A stretch of DNA of 40,066 bases from Guillardia theta CCMP2712 (lineage: Eukaryota; Protista; Cryptophyta). The position numbers were made by a program, and so were the translations under genes. The DNA is taken from the NCBI RefSeq assembly GCF_000315625.1, contig NW_005434572.1, positions 133,430 through 173,495 of the forward strand. Direction: 5' to 3'. Under the pieces are notes generated by a model that had not been told where the DNA came from, searched no databases, and saw nothing but the letters and a program-made list of their open reading frames with translations. Positions 23,409-35,077 of the stretch are shown one piece after another; positions within the stretch are counted from its first letter, which is position 1, and each line of letters begins with the position of its first letter.

Positions 23409-24947
23409 ATGCGGCCGATCCTGTTGAAGGGGCACAAGGGGCCGCTGACATGCGTGAAGTACAACAAGGATGGCGATCTCCTCTTCACCACATGCAGAAG
23501 AGGAGGCGTGAACCTGTGGTACAGTGACGATGGGGAGAGGATCGGCACGTACAACAACCATAATGGTGCCGTCATGTACGTCGACGTCAACTGTGAGTAC
23601 CTTCATACGGAGGGGGCGCTGCGTTCAGGGCGTGTGCAGCTGTAGTGTTGATATGAGGGCATGTAGAAAGTTGCCCGAAGGGTGTGATCGTGTTGTGCCC
23701 ATAATTGCATGCACAGTATATGGCTCATGTGCAGCTCAACAAAAATGTGACGTGGCAGGGCACGACATTGAAGCTGTTGTTGGTTGCAAAAGATGTTGAC
23801 TCTAGCAGCAAACATATCTTTTGAATGACGGTGTTTTGCACATTTGTTTGATGCTGTGATTTTTATGGGCGCAAACGCATGACAAACGTGAAAGATGCAA
23901 TTCCACAGAAAACCTTTTGTTTGTTGTAGTAGGAGAGGCGACGATCAGTTATTAGTATGTGACTTTCCATGTCAGTTGCTTGCACTCGTCTTGCCACAGC
24001 ATCTATGGACGCCACAGCTCGTATCTGGGATGTAGAGACTGGCAAAGTCCTGCGCGAGTTCAAGACCCAAGCAGGAAACCGCTGCGCGAGCTTCGCAACG
24101 GGAGATAAGCGACTTGCAGTCCTCACTGACCCATGGGGCGATCAGCCGTGCTGCATTCAGATCTTTGACACGGAGAGCGGCGACAGCCCTGTGATGAGAA
24201 TACCGATGGATGTTGGTGTCGCCAAGGCCACGAGGGCTCTGTGGGGCCCTCTCAACAAGAAGATTCTTGTCAGCAACGAAGCTGGTGGAATCCTTTCCTA
24301 TGAGGCAGCGACCGGTGAATGCTTGATCGAGCGCTGCGACTTCGAGCAGGAGATCCCAGACTTCACCTACTCTCAAGACATGATGACTTTCATTGTTGCC
24401 TCCAAGGATCATACTGCGATGGTGCGTTGAAGTGGACCTCTGAACCTGCCCTGACGATGTTTGCTTCCAGTTGTACGATACAAACACGTTGGAGCCGATC
24501 AGGAAGTATGTCAGTGATAGGCCCATCAACAGTGCAGCCATCTCTCCCCTCATGGACCATGTACAACCATCAAGCATGCAGTGGGTGTTTTTCCTGACGT
24601 ATGGGTGCCAGGTTGTTATCGGTGGTGGTCAGGATGCTTCTGCGGTTACCACGACAGCCGGACGCTCTGGAAGATTCCAGGTTCGACGTCAGCAGGGAAC
24701 TCCGTGTTGTAACACTCTGATCGCAGGCGCTCTTCTACCACAAAATCTTTGAGAACGAGATCGGCAGCGTTCAGGGTCACTTCGGCCCCATCAACTCGCT
24801 GGCCTTCAACCCTGACGGCCGCAGGTGAGTCGTGCGAACTTCGTCGTTGATGTATGCTGACGCTTGGTTCGCAGTTTCACGAGTGGAGGAGAGGACGGTT
24901 ATGTTCGCGTTCACCACTTTGACCCGGAGTACTTCTCCCTTGAGTAG
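23409..24947 (+). CDS. EIF3I: Eukaryotic translation initiation factor 3 subunit I (WD40)
   Basis: [26 protein letters not shown]...GERIGTY..H.GAV; [10 protein letters not shown]; [12 protein letters not shown]; [15 protein letters not shown]; [13 protein letters not shown]. All are eIF3i/TIF34 hallmarks. Confidence 0.97.
23690..23910 (+). ncRNA. Candidate intronic structured RNA (H/ACA snoRNA-like hairpins) in eIF3i intron 1
   Basis: The 383-nt intron contains G-U-rich stems 23690-23700/23758-23768 and 23773-23794/23816-23832, with ACA triplets at 23765, 23840 and 23905. Confidence 0.35.
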
Positions 24948-25163
24948 AAGGCAAGGATTGTATAGCAAGGCAACCTATGAACGATCGAGCATTTCAACAG
25001 CAGATTATTTTTTGACATATGCTAAGATAAGAGTATGCATTTTGATTTCTTGTAGCGTTTGAGTGAAGGACGTGTAACCAAACTCACGAGTCGTGATAAC
25101 GAGATTTCTCATCTGCCCATCCTCCCTCCACGTGTTCTTCTGTCCATGTCAGCTGAACATGTG

Positions 25164-26850
25164 CTAGGAAGACTGCTCGTCATCTTCAGTCTCACTCGAG
25201 CCCACGTCAATAATCAAGTCTCTCTCGCGCGGAACGTTGTAGCTCTTGGACGTCAGTCCCCTGCTTGCGGAGTTAGGACAAGGCGGAACAAACAGCAAGG
25301 TAAGAAGCAGGAAGTTGCAGAAAGGGCTGCAGAGACATCAAGGGCGCGTGAGAAGGAAAGGGATGGAGACGAGGGAGGAGGAGTTGAGGCAGAGCGAATC
25401 ATGATCGACCGATCTTTGACGACTTTCTCCAGGTTGGACATGATTTCAGCCATCTCGTCGTGGTACCTGACGGTTGTAAGGAAATGCCAGAGAGCAAGTG
25501 GCCATGACGCACCTGGGGCCGTCTCTGAATTCCAACCACTTCTGCATCCCATAGTCCTGGAACTCTTCGTAGACATGAATCTTGTGCTCGTCGCCTTCGA
25601 TCAGATCCTGTCATGACGAGGCTATCAGTCTCTCTCGCCGGTAGCCCGCCTCTCCATCACCTCGATGTAGTATCTTGAATCCGCCAGATCCAAATCGTGC
25701 ATCACCGTGTAGGCATCCTGCTCAAAGTCACACTGGAAACAAGGGAGGTGGAGAGATACGCAGATTTCATAGAAGGTCGCATTGAACTGCCTAAAAAATA
25801 CTTGATAGTCAATGTCCCGGGGTTGCTGCCAAGCCTTTTCCTGCCAGCACCAGTGAATGCATTGTGAATGAAGTCTGTATCTCTACCAACACTGACAGCA
25901 TCGTTTTCACCAACCATTCTTTGGTATAGATCTCTCGTTTGGCTTCATCAGAATCCAGCTCGTCATCGTCCTGGATAAAAGCTTATCACAGGCATGCGGG
26001 AACAACTCCTGACTCACATCTGGCGATTCGTTTGGATCCTCAGTCAATGAGTTCAGAACGACTTCAAACTCATCGGCAAGAGTCTCATTCCTTGGGAGGT
26101 CCTGGAATCGTAGGATGTTCCCATCACGGTCGATGATTTTCTCGAACTTGTGCTTGTTGAGCCATTCTTGATATTCCGGTGTGTCTGGCTTTGGGGCAGG
26201 CGGCAGGTTCTGCAACAGTCTTCATTCACAGTAATCCCAAGACGACATTCATGTCACCTTGAGGTATTGCCGGATCTGTTGAGCGATCCTCCTGCATTCC
26301 TTGTATCGCTCCAGTGGATCCTCGGGGAAAGATCGTCTCTGGGGGATTTCTGGGTGATACATATGGCTCTGGGATGGCAAAAAATCAATCTCTGGCAGGG
26401 CAGGTTCACTCTTTGGTGCCCTACCACGTTCTCGTGCGGATAGAAATACTTAGCGTCCAGCTCTTGAAAGTATTTCTTGGCCCTCTCTCTGTCAAGCCTG
26501 TCCTCTTCCTCCTGCGTCAGCTCTGGGTCGAGTTCCTGCTTCTGTTCAAATCTCTGCTTTGAAGAAGCCGTGGATAGCCCGAACGTTGGAGGCGGTCTCG
26601 CTTCAAAATTAGCATCACTGCACGTTCGGTCGTCGTCGTAGCCGTCCATGACCTTCTCGAGGAACAGAGGAAGCTTCCCTCGCCTCATCCTCTTCAAGTC
26701 ACTGAGAGCCTCAGCTATCAGCTGCGGGTCCTGCCCTCCTCGCAGGGACAAACGGACTCTTCCATGCTCACTGGCGGCATTCGGATACATCAGACATACA
26801 AAGATGTATGTCGAGTAGAAGAGATGAGCTTGATTCGTTAAGGCTCCCAT
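25164..26850 (-). CDS. Hypothetical protein with signal peptide followed by an LSLRGG motif
   Basis: MGALTNQAHLFYSTYIFVCLMYPNAAS-EHGRVRLSLRGG, then multiple short-intron exons (NLPPAPKPDTPEYQEWLNKHKF..., QFNATFYEICVSL..., YHDEMAEIMSNL...) ending ...SSETEDDEQSS*. Confidence 0.7.
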
Positions 26851-27269
26851 TCTTCTTTCATCGGAAATCAAAACCAAACTCGCATCTGGATCTGAACAAA
26901 ATCATCAGAGGATCTCTAAGATTTTGAGAAACGAAAAATAAAATTGCATGTTAGAAGTTTTTCTAAAGGAAGCATCGCAGATTTCCAACCTTTTTCTACT
27001 TTCTCTTTTGATGATTCTCAGGCCCATCATTCTCCTTCGCACATGCTACTGTCCTCAGTATCTCCTTCCCTCCATGCTGCCTTTCCTCGCATTCTCAAAA
27101 TATTGCATCCTAATCATTGCACATCATCTTGATCTGCATCATCTTCTCATCTACATCCTCGAACTCATCCTGTCGTCTGTCATCTCCCCATCACCTCTGG
27201 CGACCATCCTCAACCCCATTGCTGCATGTTCCGCCCTCCCAGTCCCAGTACAATGTTTTACTCAATTAT

Positions 27270-28125
27270 CATGGTGGACCGCCGCTGGCTTGGACTCCGG
27301 GAGTGAGCCACCGTCCGACCCTACGGTACGGTCGCGCGTCACCACCACACGGTGGCACTCAGGGCGGCGTCACACGCGGCCCGGCCCGGTAGCCGCGCGG
27401 GCCGCGCCGGGCCGCGCCCCAGGGTTCGCGGCCGGCGTAGCCTCGGAGCGACCGTCGCCTAGCCTAGTAGGCCGGCCGGCCCGGGCGGGCGCCGCCGCGG
27501 TTCCGAGGGCCGACGCCGCACTGCACTGCGGCAGCCTGAGCCTGTGTTCCGTGGCAACTCGGCGCGGCCGGTTGAGAGTCTCCGAATTCGGCATAGCCTG
27601 TGTACGCTGGGTAGTATCGACCCCCGGGCCCCGCGGCCGAGTCAACTGGCGGTCCGAGCCGTGACTCGTGACCGTTGAACCGGCGAGGCCACGGTTTGAC
27701 CGTCCGTGACTCACTGACAGCCGGGCCCCCGGGCCCGGACTCAAGTTGTTACCGTACCGTAGTACTTCCCCGCATTGAACTTAAGTTTCAACGAGTAAAA
27801 CATCCAACTTCACGGCCTGAGTCATGAGAACGGGCTCGTACTGTCATTTTTAACTTAACGGAAGTTTGATCGCCGGAGTCCCGACACCGCCGCCGCCGTA
27901 AACTGAACCGGATGATACCGCCTCAGTGGCAGTGACACTGCCAGGACTCCGGGTCATCACGCCGCCGGGTTTTATAGGCCCTCGGCCCGGTAAGCCTTCG
28001 GCACAGACTCCGGGAATCCGATCCGAGCGGCGGAAGGGCCCGGGCCCGGGCCGCGGGCCGCTCAGCTAAGTTGTTCGTCCGGGAGTCCCGAGTCCCCGGC
28101 ACACGGCAAGAGTCGGTGGCAGCGA
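27270..28125. other. CpG/CCGG/GAGTC-rich palindromic island in a head-to-head intergenic region
   Basis: About 24 CCGG and 13 GAGTC/GACTC sites by manual count, with several short perfect inverted repeats. An AT-rich tract follows at 28200-28420. Confidence 0.7.
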
Positions 28126-28652
28126 AGATTCTAATGGGTTGCTTTTTTCTGTCCTCCTGAAATTTTGTAGAGAATAGTGAGGCGGGCTTGTTCTGTTCTC
28201 CCCAGGGGAGTTCAAATATAAAATAGTTTTAAACCGTCTACGACTTCAAGTTGCTCGTACCATTTTATGACCACCTTCATAATATTGACTCCTCCCATCC
28301 TACAGAAGTTGTACCACAAGTTACTATATTATTATTTAAATTTGTATCTGGTTTTAGAATTTGCCACAGTATCGTACAGATTGGGTGAAATATGTAAGGT
28401 TTTAAAAAATTGTTTTAGCTGTCGAATCCCAGCATGGCGGGTAGCGGGCAGGCGGGCGGGAGCGCGAAGAGGAGGGAGAAGGGAGAGTGAGAGTGAGAGG
28501 ATGAAGGGGAGAGGACAGATTTGAGAGACAGGAATCTTGTATCGTGTGCATCGAGGAGGAAGGAAGTAGAGGAAGCGAGCGATTGAGGGTCGGTGAGTGG
28601 TCCTCCACAAAAGTGAGCAATCTCGAGCCCGGGCCCCAGCTCGCTGGTTATC

Positions 28653-31600
28653 ATGCTGGTCGAACCTTTGCACCTCAATCTCGATCTAGTTGATCCATCT
28701 GTATCGAAACAATCGGTTATCAAGATCATCACCCTCGTGAATTCCGGAACTGCGAATGCGGCATTCAAGATTCGGACCACGGCCCGTGAGAGGTAGCTGC
28801 GGGCATGCGAGAAGTCTTTCGCTCCTTGTCTGCTGCTCTCCACATGTCCCCTTTTCATTGTCTTCATTCGATTGGACATCCATGACACCCGCTCCCTCGT
28901 TGTCTGCATGCTTGCGATCTCTAACTTCCGTCACTCGAACCTGAGCCTGGTTTCTTCCTCTGCAGGTACTCCACAACCCCCAACAGCGGACTGTTGGGGC
29001 CTGGTCAAGAATGCGATATCATTGTCACGATGCTCCCCCTCTCGCAGGAGCAGTACATTGATTTCTCTTCCACAATGTCGTGCACGGACAAGTTCTTGGT
29101 CAGAAGCTGCTTCACCGATGAGTCAGTCACGGAGGACAACGTACGAGGGGAGACGGCGGCGTCATGGTGGAACTCTCGCCCCAAGTCAGAGCTCACAGAT
29201 CAAGTCATCACATGCAGTTACATCAGACAAGCCACTCGGGTGGAAGTTGGGCAATCCAAGTTGAGGTTCCAGAAGGAACGATCCCCACACAAGATGGTGG
29301 GGACGTCGCGAGTTCTTGCCGAGGAGGTTGGTCCGAGCACATGCCTCGCCCTATTCCTCGCACGCTCATGTTTGATGTGACATGGGATGATGTAGATACT
29401 GGTGCTGCTCAACAACACAAGGCAAAGACAGGCTTTCAAGATCCGCACAACGGCACGTGACCGATATCGGTGAGAGTTGGTGTAACCTGTCTCAGCGCTT
29501 ACAAGCTCACTCCAGCGTCGAGCCCTCATGCGGAATCGTTGAGAGCGGGCAAAAGTATTCAGTTCGCATCTCGATGGTTCAGGTTTGACCTGTTCGGGAT
29601 AGTTGTGACTCGCTCGTGACTTTCACCATTTCAGCCACGTGGGGTCACCAGTGACAAGTTCCAGGTGAAGAGGATTTGATCCTTGAAGGATCTGTTCTTG
29701 ACAAGATTGCAGGTCCGATGTGTAGTAGCAGACGCAGACACAGATGAAACTCAGATCAAGAGGTGTGTTGCGTCTAGTTGCTCACCCTCGCGACCTCGCA
29801 GTCTTTTCAGTGGTTGACCGATGCTGTAGGAACGAATGGTGGGCGGAGCCGACTATCAAGTCTAAGCTTTATGATACGACACTAGACAGGTAGCTAAGAC
29901 CGTTGTCGGTCCCATTCTTCTCGTCTTGCGATGATCGGCACAGTTTGACATGTTTACAGCATTTACATCTCCGATGCCGACGAAGAGAATGTACTCATTT
30001 GTCGTTAGAAGATTCCGTCTTCATATTGACATGTACCTTACAGATATCAGACAAGAACCGAGGAAATGGCTATCTGGACTTGAAGAAGACTGAACCTGCT
30101 ACGACTCTGGCCGTCTTGCCAACGGATTCGAGGTGAGCTTGTCCTGTCACTTCGATAGTTTCTGACGAGGTTCCAGCATCAACGCTGACGAGGGTTCATA
30201 CGATGCCCTTCTGAAGGTAACTTGCTCGAATCTCTTGGATCACCTCTTGACGCTGTTTGCAGATTGTGCTTGTGGGCGACTCGGATGTGGGAAAGACAAG
30301 CTTGTGAGACATGGCTGCCTCGGTTTGCTCGATCACTGTGCCTGATGCTCGGATTCAGGTTGACTCGATTCTCCGATGATAACTTTTCCAACTCCTTTAT
30401 CTCGACCATCGGTGTGGACTTTCGTTGGAGGACTGTAAGGACGGCCTGACGTCGAGGTGCCCTGCGCTCATCTGGACCGGCAGATGTCAATAAAGGACAA
30501 GAACATCAAGTTGCAGATTTGGGATACAGCTGGCCAAGTGAGAGAATATCACTCTGACAAGTTTGTTTCCATACTCATGAGAGATTCCAGGAGAGATTCA
30601 GAACGATCACAAGTGCATACTACCGCGGGGCTGGTCAGTAACGTTGATCTCTACTCTTTTTCTTCCACTGATGGACGCGCAGACGGGATTGTTGTCGTCT
30701 ACGACATCACCAACAAGTGTGCTGCCGCCTTTGACAGGGTTGAAACTGACGCTCGTTGGCTAGGGAATCTTTCGATCACGTGGACATGTGGATGAAGGAG
30801 ATCCACAAGTTCACAGACGATAACCACGTACCTTGACACCCCTTCTCCGCGTCCTACCTGACGTTTTCTCAGGTCCGGGTGCTCGTGGTTGGCAACAAGT
30901 GCGACATGGAAGAGAAGAGAGAAATCCCAACGTCTCTTGCTCGGGCAAGATGGGGAGGAGGAGAGGCTTCGCGGATGTGACAGGGGACACAGGAATATTG
31001 TAACCAACGAGGTATGAAGGTGGTCGAGACTTCTGCCAAGACTGCGACCCGGTTCGGGCAGCTGTTCCACTCTTGGAATGTCAGCGTGACATGTTTGTTG
31101 AAGAGTGAACACTGCTTTCATCGACATGGCGGAGGAAATTCTGGAAAATCGACAGAAAGTGAGGAGAGGACGTGCATGACAAATCTCTAAACCTCCTCTG
31201 GCAGTTTGCCGAGAACAAGCCCAAGGAGCTGGACTACAGTGGGGAAACAAGGTTCTTCTGTCCTCCTCCCCCTCCCCCTTCCCCCCTTTCCACCTCCCCC
31301 TTCGATCTGCTCCTCCTCGATCTGCTCCTCGATCTGTTTTTCCTACCACCTTGCCCTTTTCGCTCTCCCTCGTGCTATTTTCAGTATTATCGGTGACTGA
31401 GGTTACAGCTTGAATCAAGCGTCGCAGAGCTGTGAAGGAATCATGCAAAGTTGCTTTGCCTTCATCAAGTCAGTTTCCTTCACTTCTCTTCAATCCTTCC
31501 CTCTCCACGTCTTGTCGCCTCTCTTCTTCGCTTGGCTTCACCTTTCCCTATCCTCACTATCTCACGTCGTCCCTTCGCTTCTCTGCTCTCCTCCCTCCCC

Positions 31601-31735
31601 GCTCCTTATAACTCTATTTCTACTCCTTCCTCTCTATCTACTCCTTCCTTGACCTTTACCTGTGCATCTCTCATGGATGGTTCTCCCAGGGGAAAGGCAG
31701 GTTTCGGTCACACAAGCTACGGCAAACAGATTTGA
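28653..31735 (+). CDS. Tandem MSP (VAP-like) domains fused to a Rab1/Rab8-like small GTPase
   Basis: In-phase splicing gives MSP1 (MLVEP...AAFKIRTTARERYSTTPNSGLLGPG...DKFLVR), MSP2 (QAFKIRTTARDRYRVEPSCGIV...DKFQVR), a linker, then YDALLKIVLVGDSDVGKTSLL.RF.DD.F...FISTIGVDF...[26 protein letters not shown]...GNKCD...ETSAK, ending GKQI*. The start could be slightly further upstream. Confidence 0.88.
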
Positions 31736-31920
31736 AAGAAAGAGGAGGGAGGACTGAAGAGGAACTTGAAATTTTCTGAGCTAGAAAGAGAAGATCTTGC
31801 TTGTTATCTTTTCTTTCTCTCCATCATCCTCTTCACTTGCCAGTACACAACGAAGACTATCACTTGTGCTGCTTCCAACAGGTTGAGGCCATGAAGACTC
31901 TAGATGCAGAATCAGTCCAG

Positions 31921-34900
31921 CTAGGCACTAGCTGAGGCACAGCTGACCTTCCAGATGTCGACGTTGCCTCCTCTTACTTGGAGGAGGGAGGAGAGGAGAG
32001 GGCCTTGAGGGAGACTTGATACTTTGGAGAGGACCAGGGGATGCGTGCGAGCTGCTCGTAGTGTCACCTCCTCCCTCCCTTGTACCTTCCTCTCCTCCTG
32101 GCCAGGCCCATCCCCCTCCCCATCCCTTCTTGGTCCTTCTGCTTCCAGCATCCACCTTCTCCTTCTCCTACTCCTACTCCTACTCCTCCCTCCTCCTCTC
32201 CCTCCCTTCTTAGTCCTCTTCCTCACTCCTCCTTCCATCTTAGTCCTCTCTGCACTTCACTTCCCACCTGAGACAGGAAAGCTCTCCACAAGCTGCAGGA
32301 GGGGAAGGGAGGAGCCTGTGGTGGAAGTTGAGACGAAGGCTCATCTTCGCAGCAGCACCTTGATGGAGGAAGTCGAGGAGCCAGAGGAGAAGAGCTCTTC
32401 TTCCTTCGTCACTGACAGGGCAAGCGATGTCCTTCCTTTCCTCCTCATTGCTGAGCAGCCGCAGCGCCTGGAGGAATCTACTCCTTTGCCTGATAGTCCT
32501 CTGCTTCTGCAACGCGCGGATGTCTGGAGGAGGATGAGAAGGAGGTGGAGAGGAGGCAGCGAAGCAGGAAGAGGAGGAGAGGAAGCATGGAAGAGGGGGT
32601 AGGAGCAGGAGCAGGAGGCAGGGCACAACGGGAAGAGGAGGAGCAGAGAAGCAGAGGAGCAGAGGGGAGGGGGTTGAAGTGGAGGAGGGCAGGGGAGGAC
32701 ATTTTGGTACCTTGCTCTACGTTGGTCTGGACAGTATCGAGCATCTTCGCTTCATGCCCCTCACCTGCTTCCTCCTGTCAATCTCAGCAGGAGGAGGGGA
32801 AAGGATACGAGACCCCAGGGAACAGAGAGGATGGCGAGCAAGAGTCGCTGCACCTCCTCTCCCTCCCCCTGCCACTCCATCCTGTCGTTTAGCATGTCCT
32901 CCCCCAGCCAGACCGTCCATAGCACTGCACAAAGTTTCAGATACCTTCTCCATCCTCCTCCTCGTCCGCCTTTTCCTAAGAACTCCCCCAACCTTTCCCT
33001 CCCTTCCATCCTCCTCCTCCTCCTCCTCCTCTCCCTCGTCCTCCTCCTCCTCCTCCTCCTTCTCTCCCTCCTCCTCCTCCTCTGCTTCCTTGGAGAGGGA
33101 AGGGACGGTAGCGGCCACTGTTCCACTCCTCGAGGTGTCTCCTGTTGTCTGCCAGGTGACGCGGGCGGACAATCTTGTGAGTGACGTGGGCGATGTTGGA
33201 GCTGGAGGCGAGCATGAGCGAGTGAGAGACGCGGAATGAGGGGAGGAGGAGAGGGCGTGAAAGGGAACATACGGTACAAGATTCGGTTTGAGTGCGATAG
33301 AGGATGGAGGCGACAAAAGAAACAAGACGAGAAGGGAGGAGAGGAGGGAGAGAGAGGAAGGAGAAGATCAGGAGGGAGAGGAAGAGAGGAGTGGAGTGGA
33401 AGGCAAGCAGGGGGCATCAGGAGAGGAGGGGAGTGAGCTGGAGGGGAAAGACCTCTCCTCTAGAATGATCTCCAGCATGCTGCTCCTTCCTTCTGCAGAC
33501 AGGTCGATCACCTCCCGCTTCTTGGTTTCCTCTGCGACTGAGTGAGCTGGGATAGCGGGGAGCGGAGATACCCGAGGCGACGCTTCTCACGGTCATGCTC
33601 CGTTCGAGGACGAGGATGCGTCCTGGGGGCCAGGTGAGGGGTCAACTGGGGTCCAGCTGAAGTCACTGGAAGGGTGCAGCTCGTTCCAGAAGCTCTCCAA
33701 GTCCTTCATGCTCGTCCACTCCGCGTCCTGCAGGCCGTCACGTCCGGCAACCCCAGCAGCAGCCCAGCACTTGGCCAGATAGCAAGTTCCCTAGCGCCGC
33801 AGCGACCGTCCTCCTGCTGGGCTTTAGCTCGTAGGAGGCGCCGCAGGGGGAGGAGGAGAGGTAGGTGCAGCCTGCGAGCTCCTGACAGAGCTCGAACCAT
33901 GAGGAGGAACAGCGAGTGTCTGTGGCCGTCGCCTCCTCCCTGCCAGCAGCTCAGGAGCTGTGGAGGAGGTTGGGGGGCAGGTGGGGGACCTGAAGAAGGA
34001 GAGGAGACGGGGGGAGGAGGAGGGAGGGAGGAGGGAGAGGGAGAGGCTGTTGCTGTCTGCGTCAAAGAGCAGAAAGTCCACCACCTCTCTCAGCACGAGC
34101 TCGACGCAGTCCGGGACTTCAGCCCCATCCTTGTACCTGTGCCTGCTGGACCTCATCATGGGCTTGAAGGTCTGACTGGTAGCAACGCTCGCTGCAAGGA
34201 GCTCCAGGGAGGAGGAGGAGAACAAGGAGGAGGACGAGGACGAGGATGAGGACGAGGAGGAGGAGGACGAGGAGGACGAGGACGAGGAGGAGGAAGGGAA
34301 GGTTTTCTCGTCCAGCAGCAGCTCAGCTGCACGCGCCACCTGCGAGGCCCCGAGCTCGTCGATGGAGAAGCTCAACATGGTCCACTCGTCCTGGAAGGCT
34401 CTGTCGTGCTGGAGGAGGAGGAACTCCGGTCGTAGGACGAGCACATGCGCGTTGAGAGCGAGGAGGAAGTCGAGTAGGCACCTCCTGCTCTCCGCCCTCT
34501 CCCACAGGAAGCGAAGGAAGAGGAGGAGGATGAAGGGCCTCGACGGCCGCACGAGGCCCTCGGAGAGCACGCGAACGATCTCTGTGTACCGAGCAAGCGA
34601 CACTCCCGTCCTTATCCCCTTCACTCGGTTGCTGCGGATGCCACAGCCCTCCAGCACGCTCTTCACCTCCTCCTCACTCGCTCGAGCTGCTGCGAGCCCC
34701 AGCATGTGGCCGATGGCTGCAGGGTCGAGGTGGTAGGCAGCCATGGACGGGGAGCGAACGGCCCGGAGAGGAAGGGAGGCGTCCCTTCGGTGGAAGAGGA
34801 GCCTGCTGAGCTTGAACGCCTCCACCAGCTCTCCTCCAGCACAGCTGAAGCTGTACAAGTTGGCGATCAGAGCATGTGAGTGATACCCTAGGAGCCCAAG

Positions 34901-35077
34901 TGCAGGAGAGAAGCCGACGGCCTCCGGCTGAAGGACCATCATGGTGCCCCTGACATAGGAGGCGGGAAGGGCAAGGGAGCGCTGCTGGAGGACGTGGAGC
35001 AGAGTTGGCCTGCAGCATCTGGACAGACGATGAGCGACGATCGCAGGGAAGGAGAGGACTGCGGCTGTTCCCTTCAT
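31921..35077 (-). CDS. Hypothetical protein with PDCVE...WF.L..L.G..Y...YELKP motifs and an organelle-targeting-like N-terminus
   Basis: Long first exon (MKGTAAVLSF...VPDCVELVLREVVDFLLFD) and further exons (SSWFELCQELAGCTYL...YELKPSRRTVAAALGNLL; LEIILEERSNIAHV). 3' exons are approximate. Confidence 0.65.

Noticed and set aside
26948-27744. ORFs across the CAT/CT-rich tract and the CpG island
   Set aside because: Low-complexity L/I/S then P/G/A/R translations, with no splice-consistent model or codon bias.
30457-31735. Stand-alone Rab gene starting at MSIKDKNIK (30484)
   Set aside because: That Met lies after the P-loop and switch I; upstream exons continue in phase into the MSP domains.
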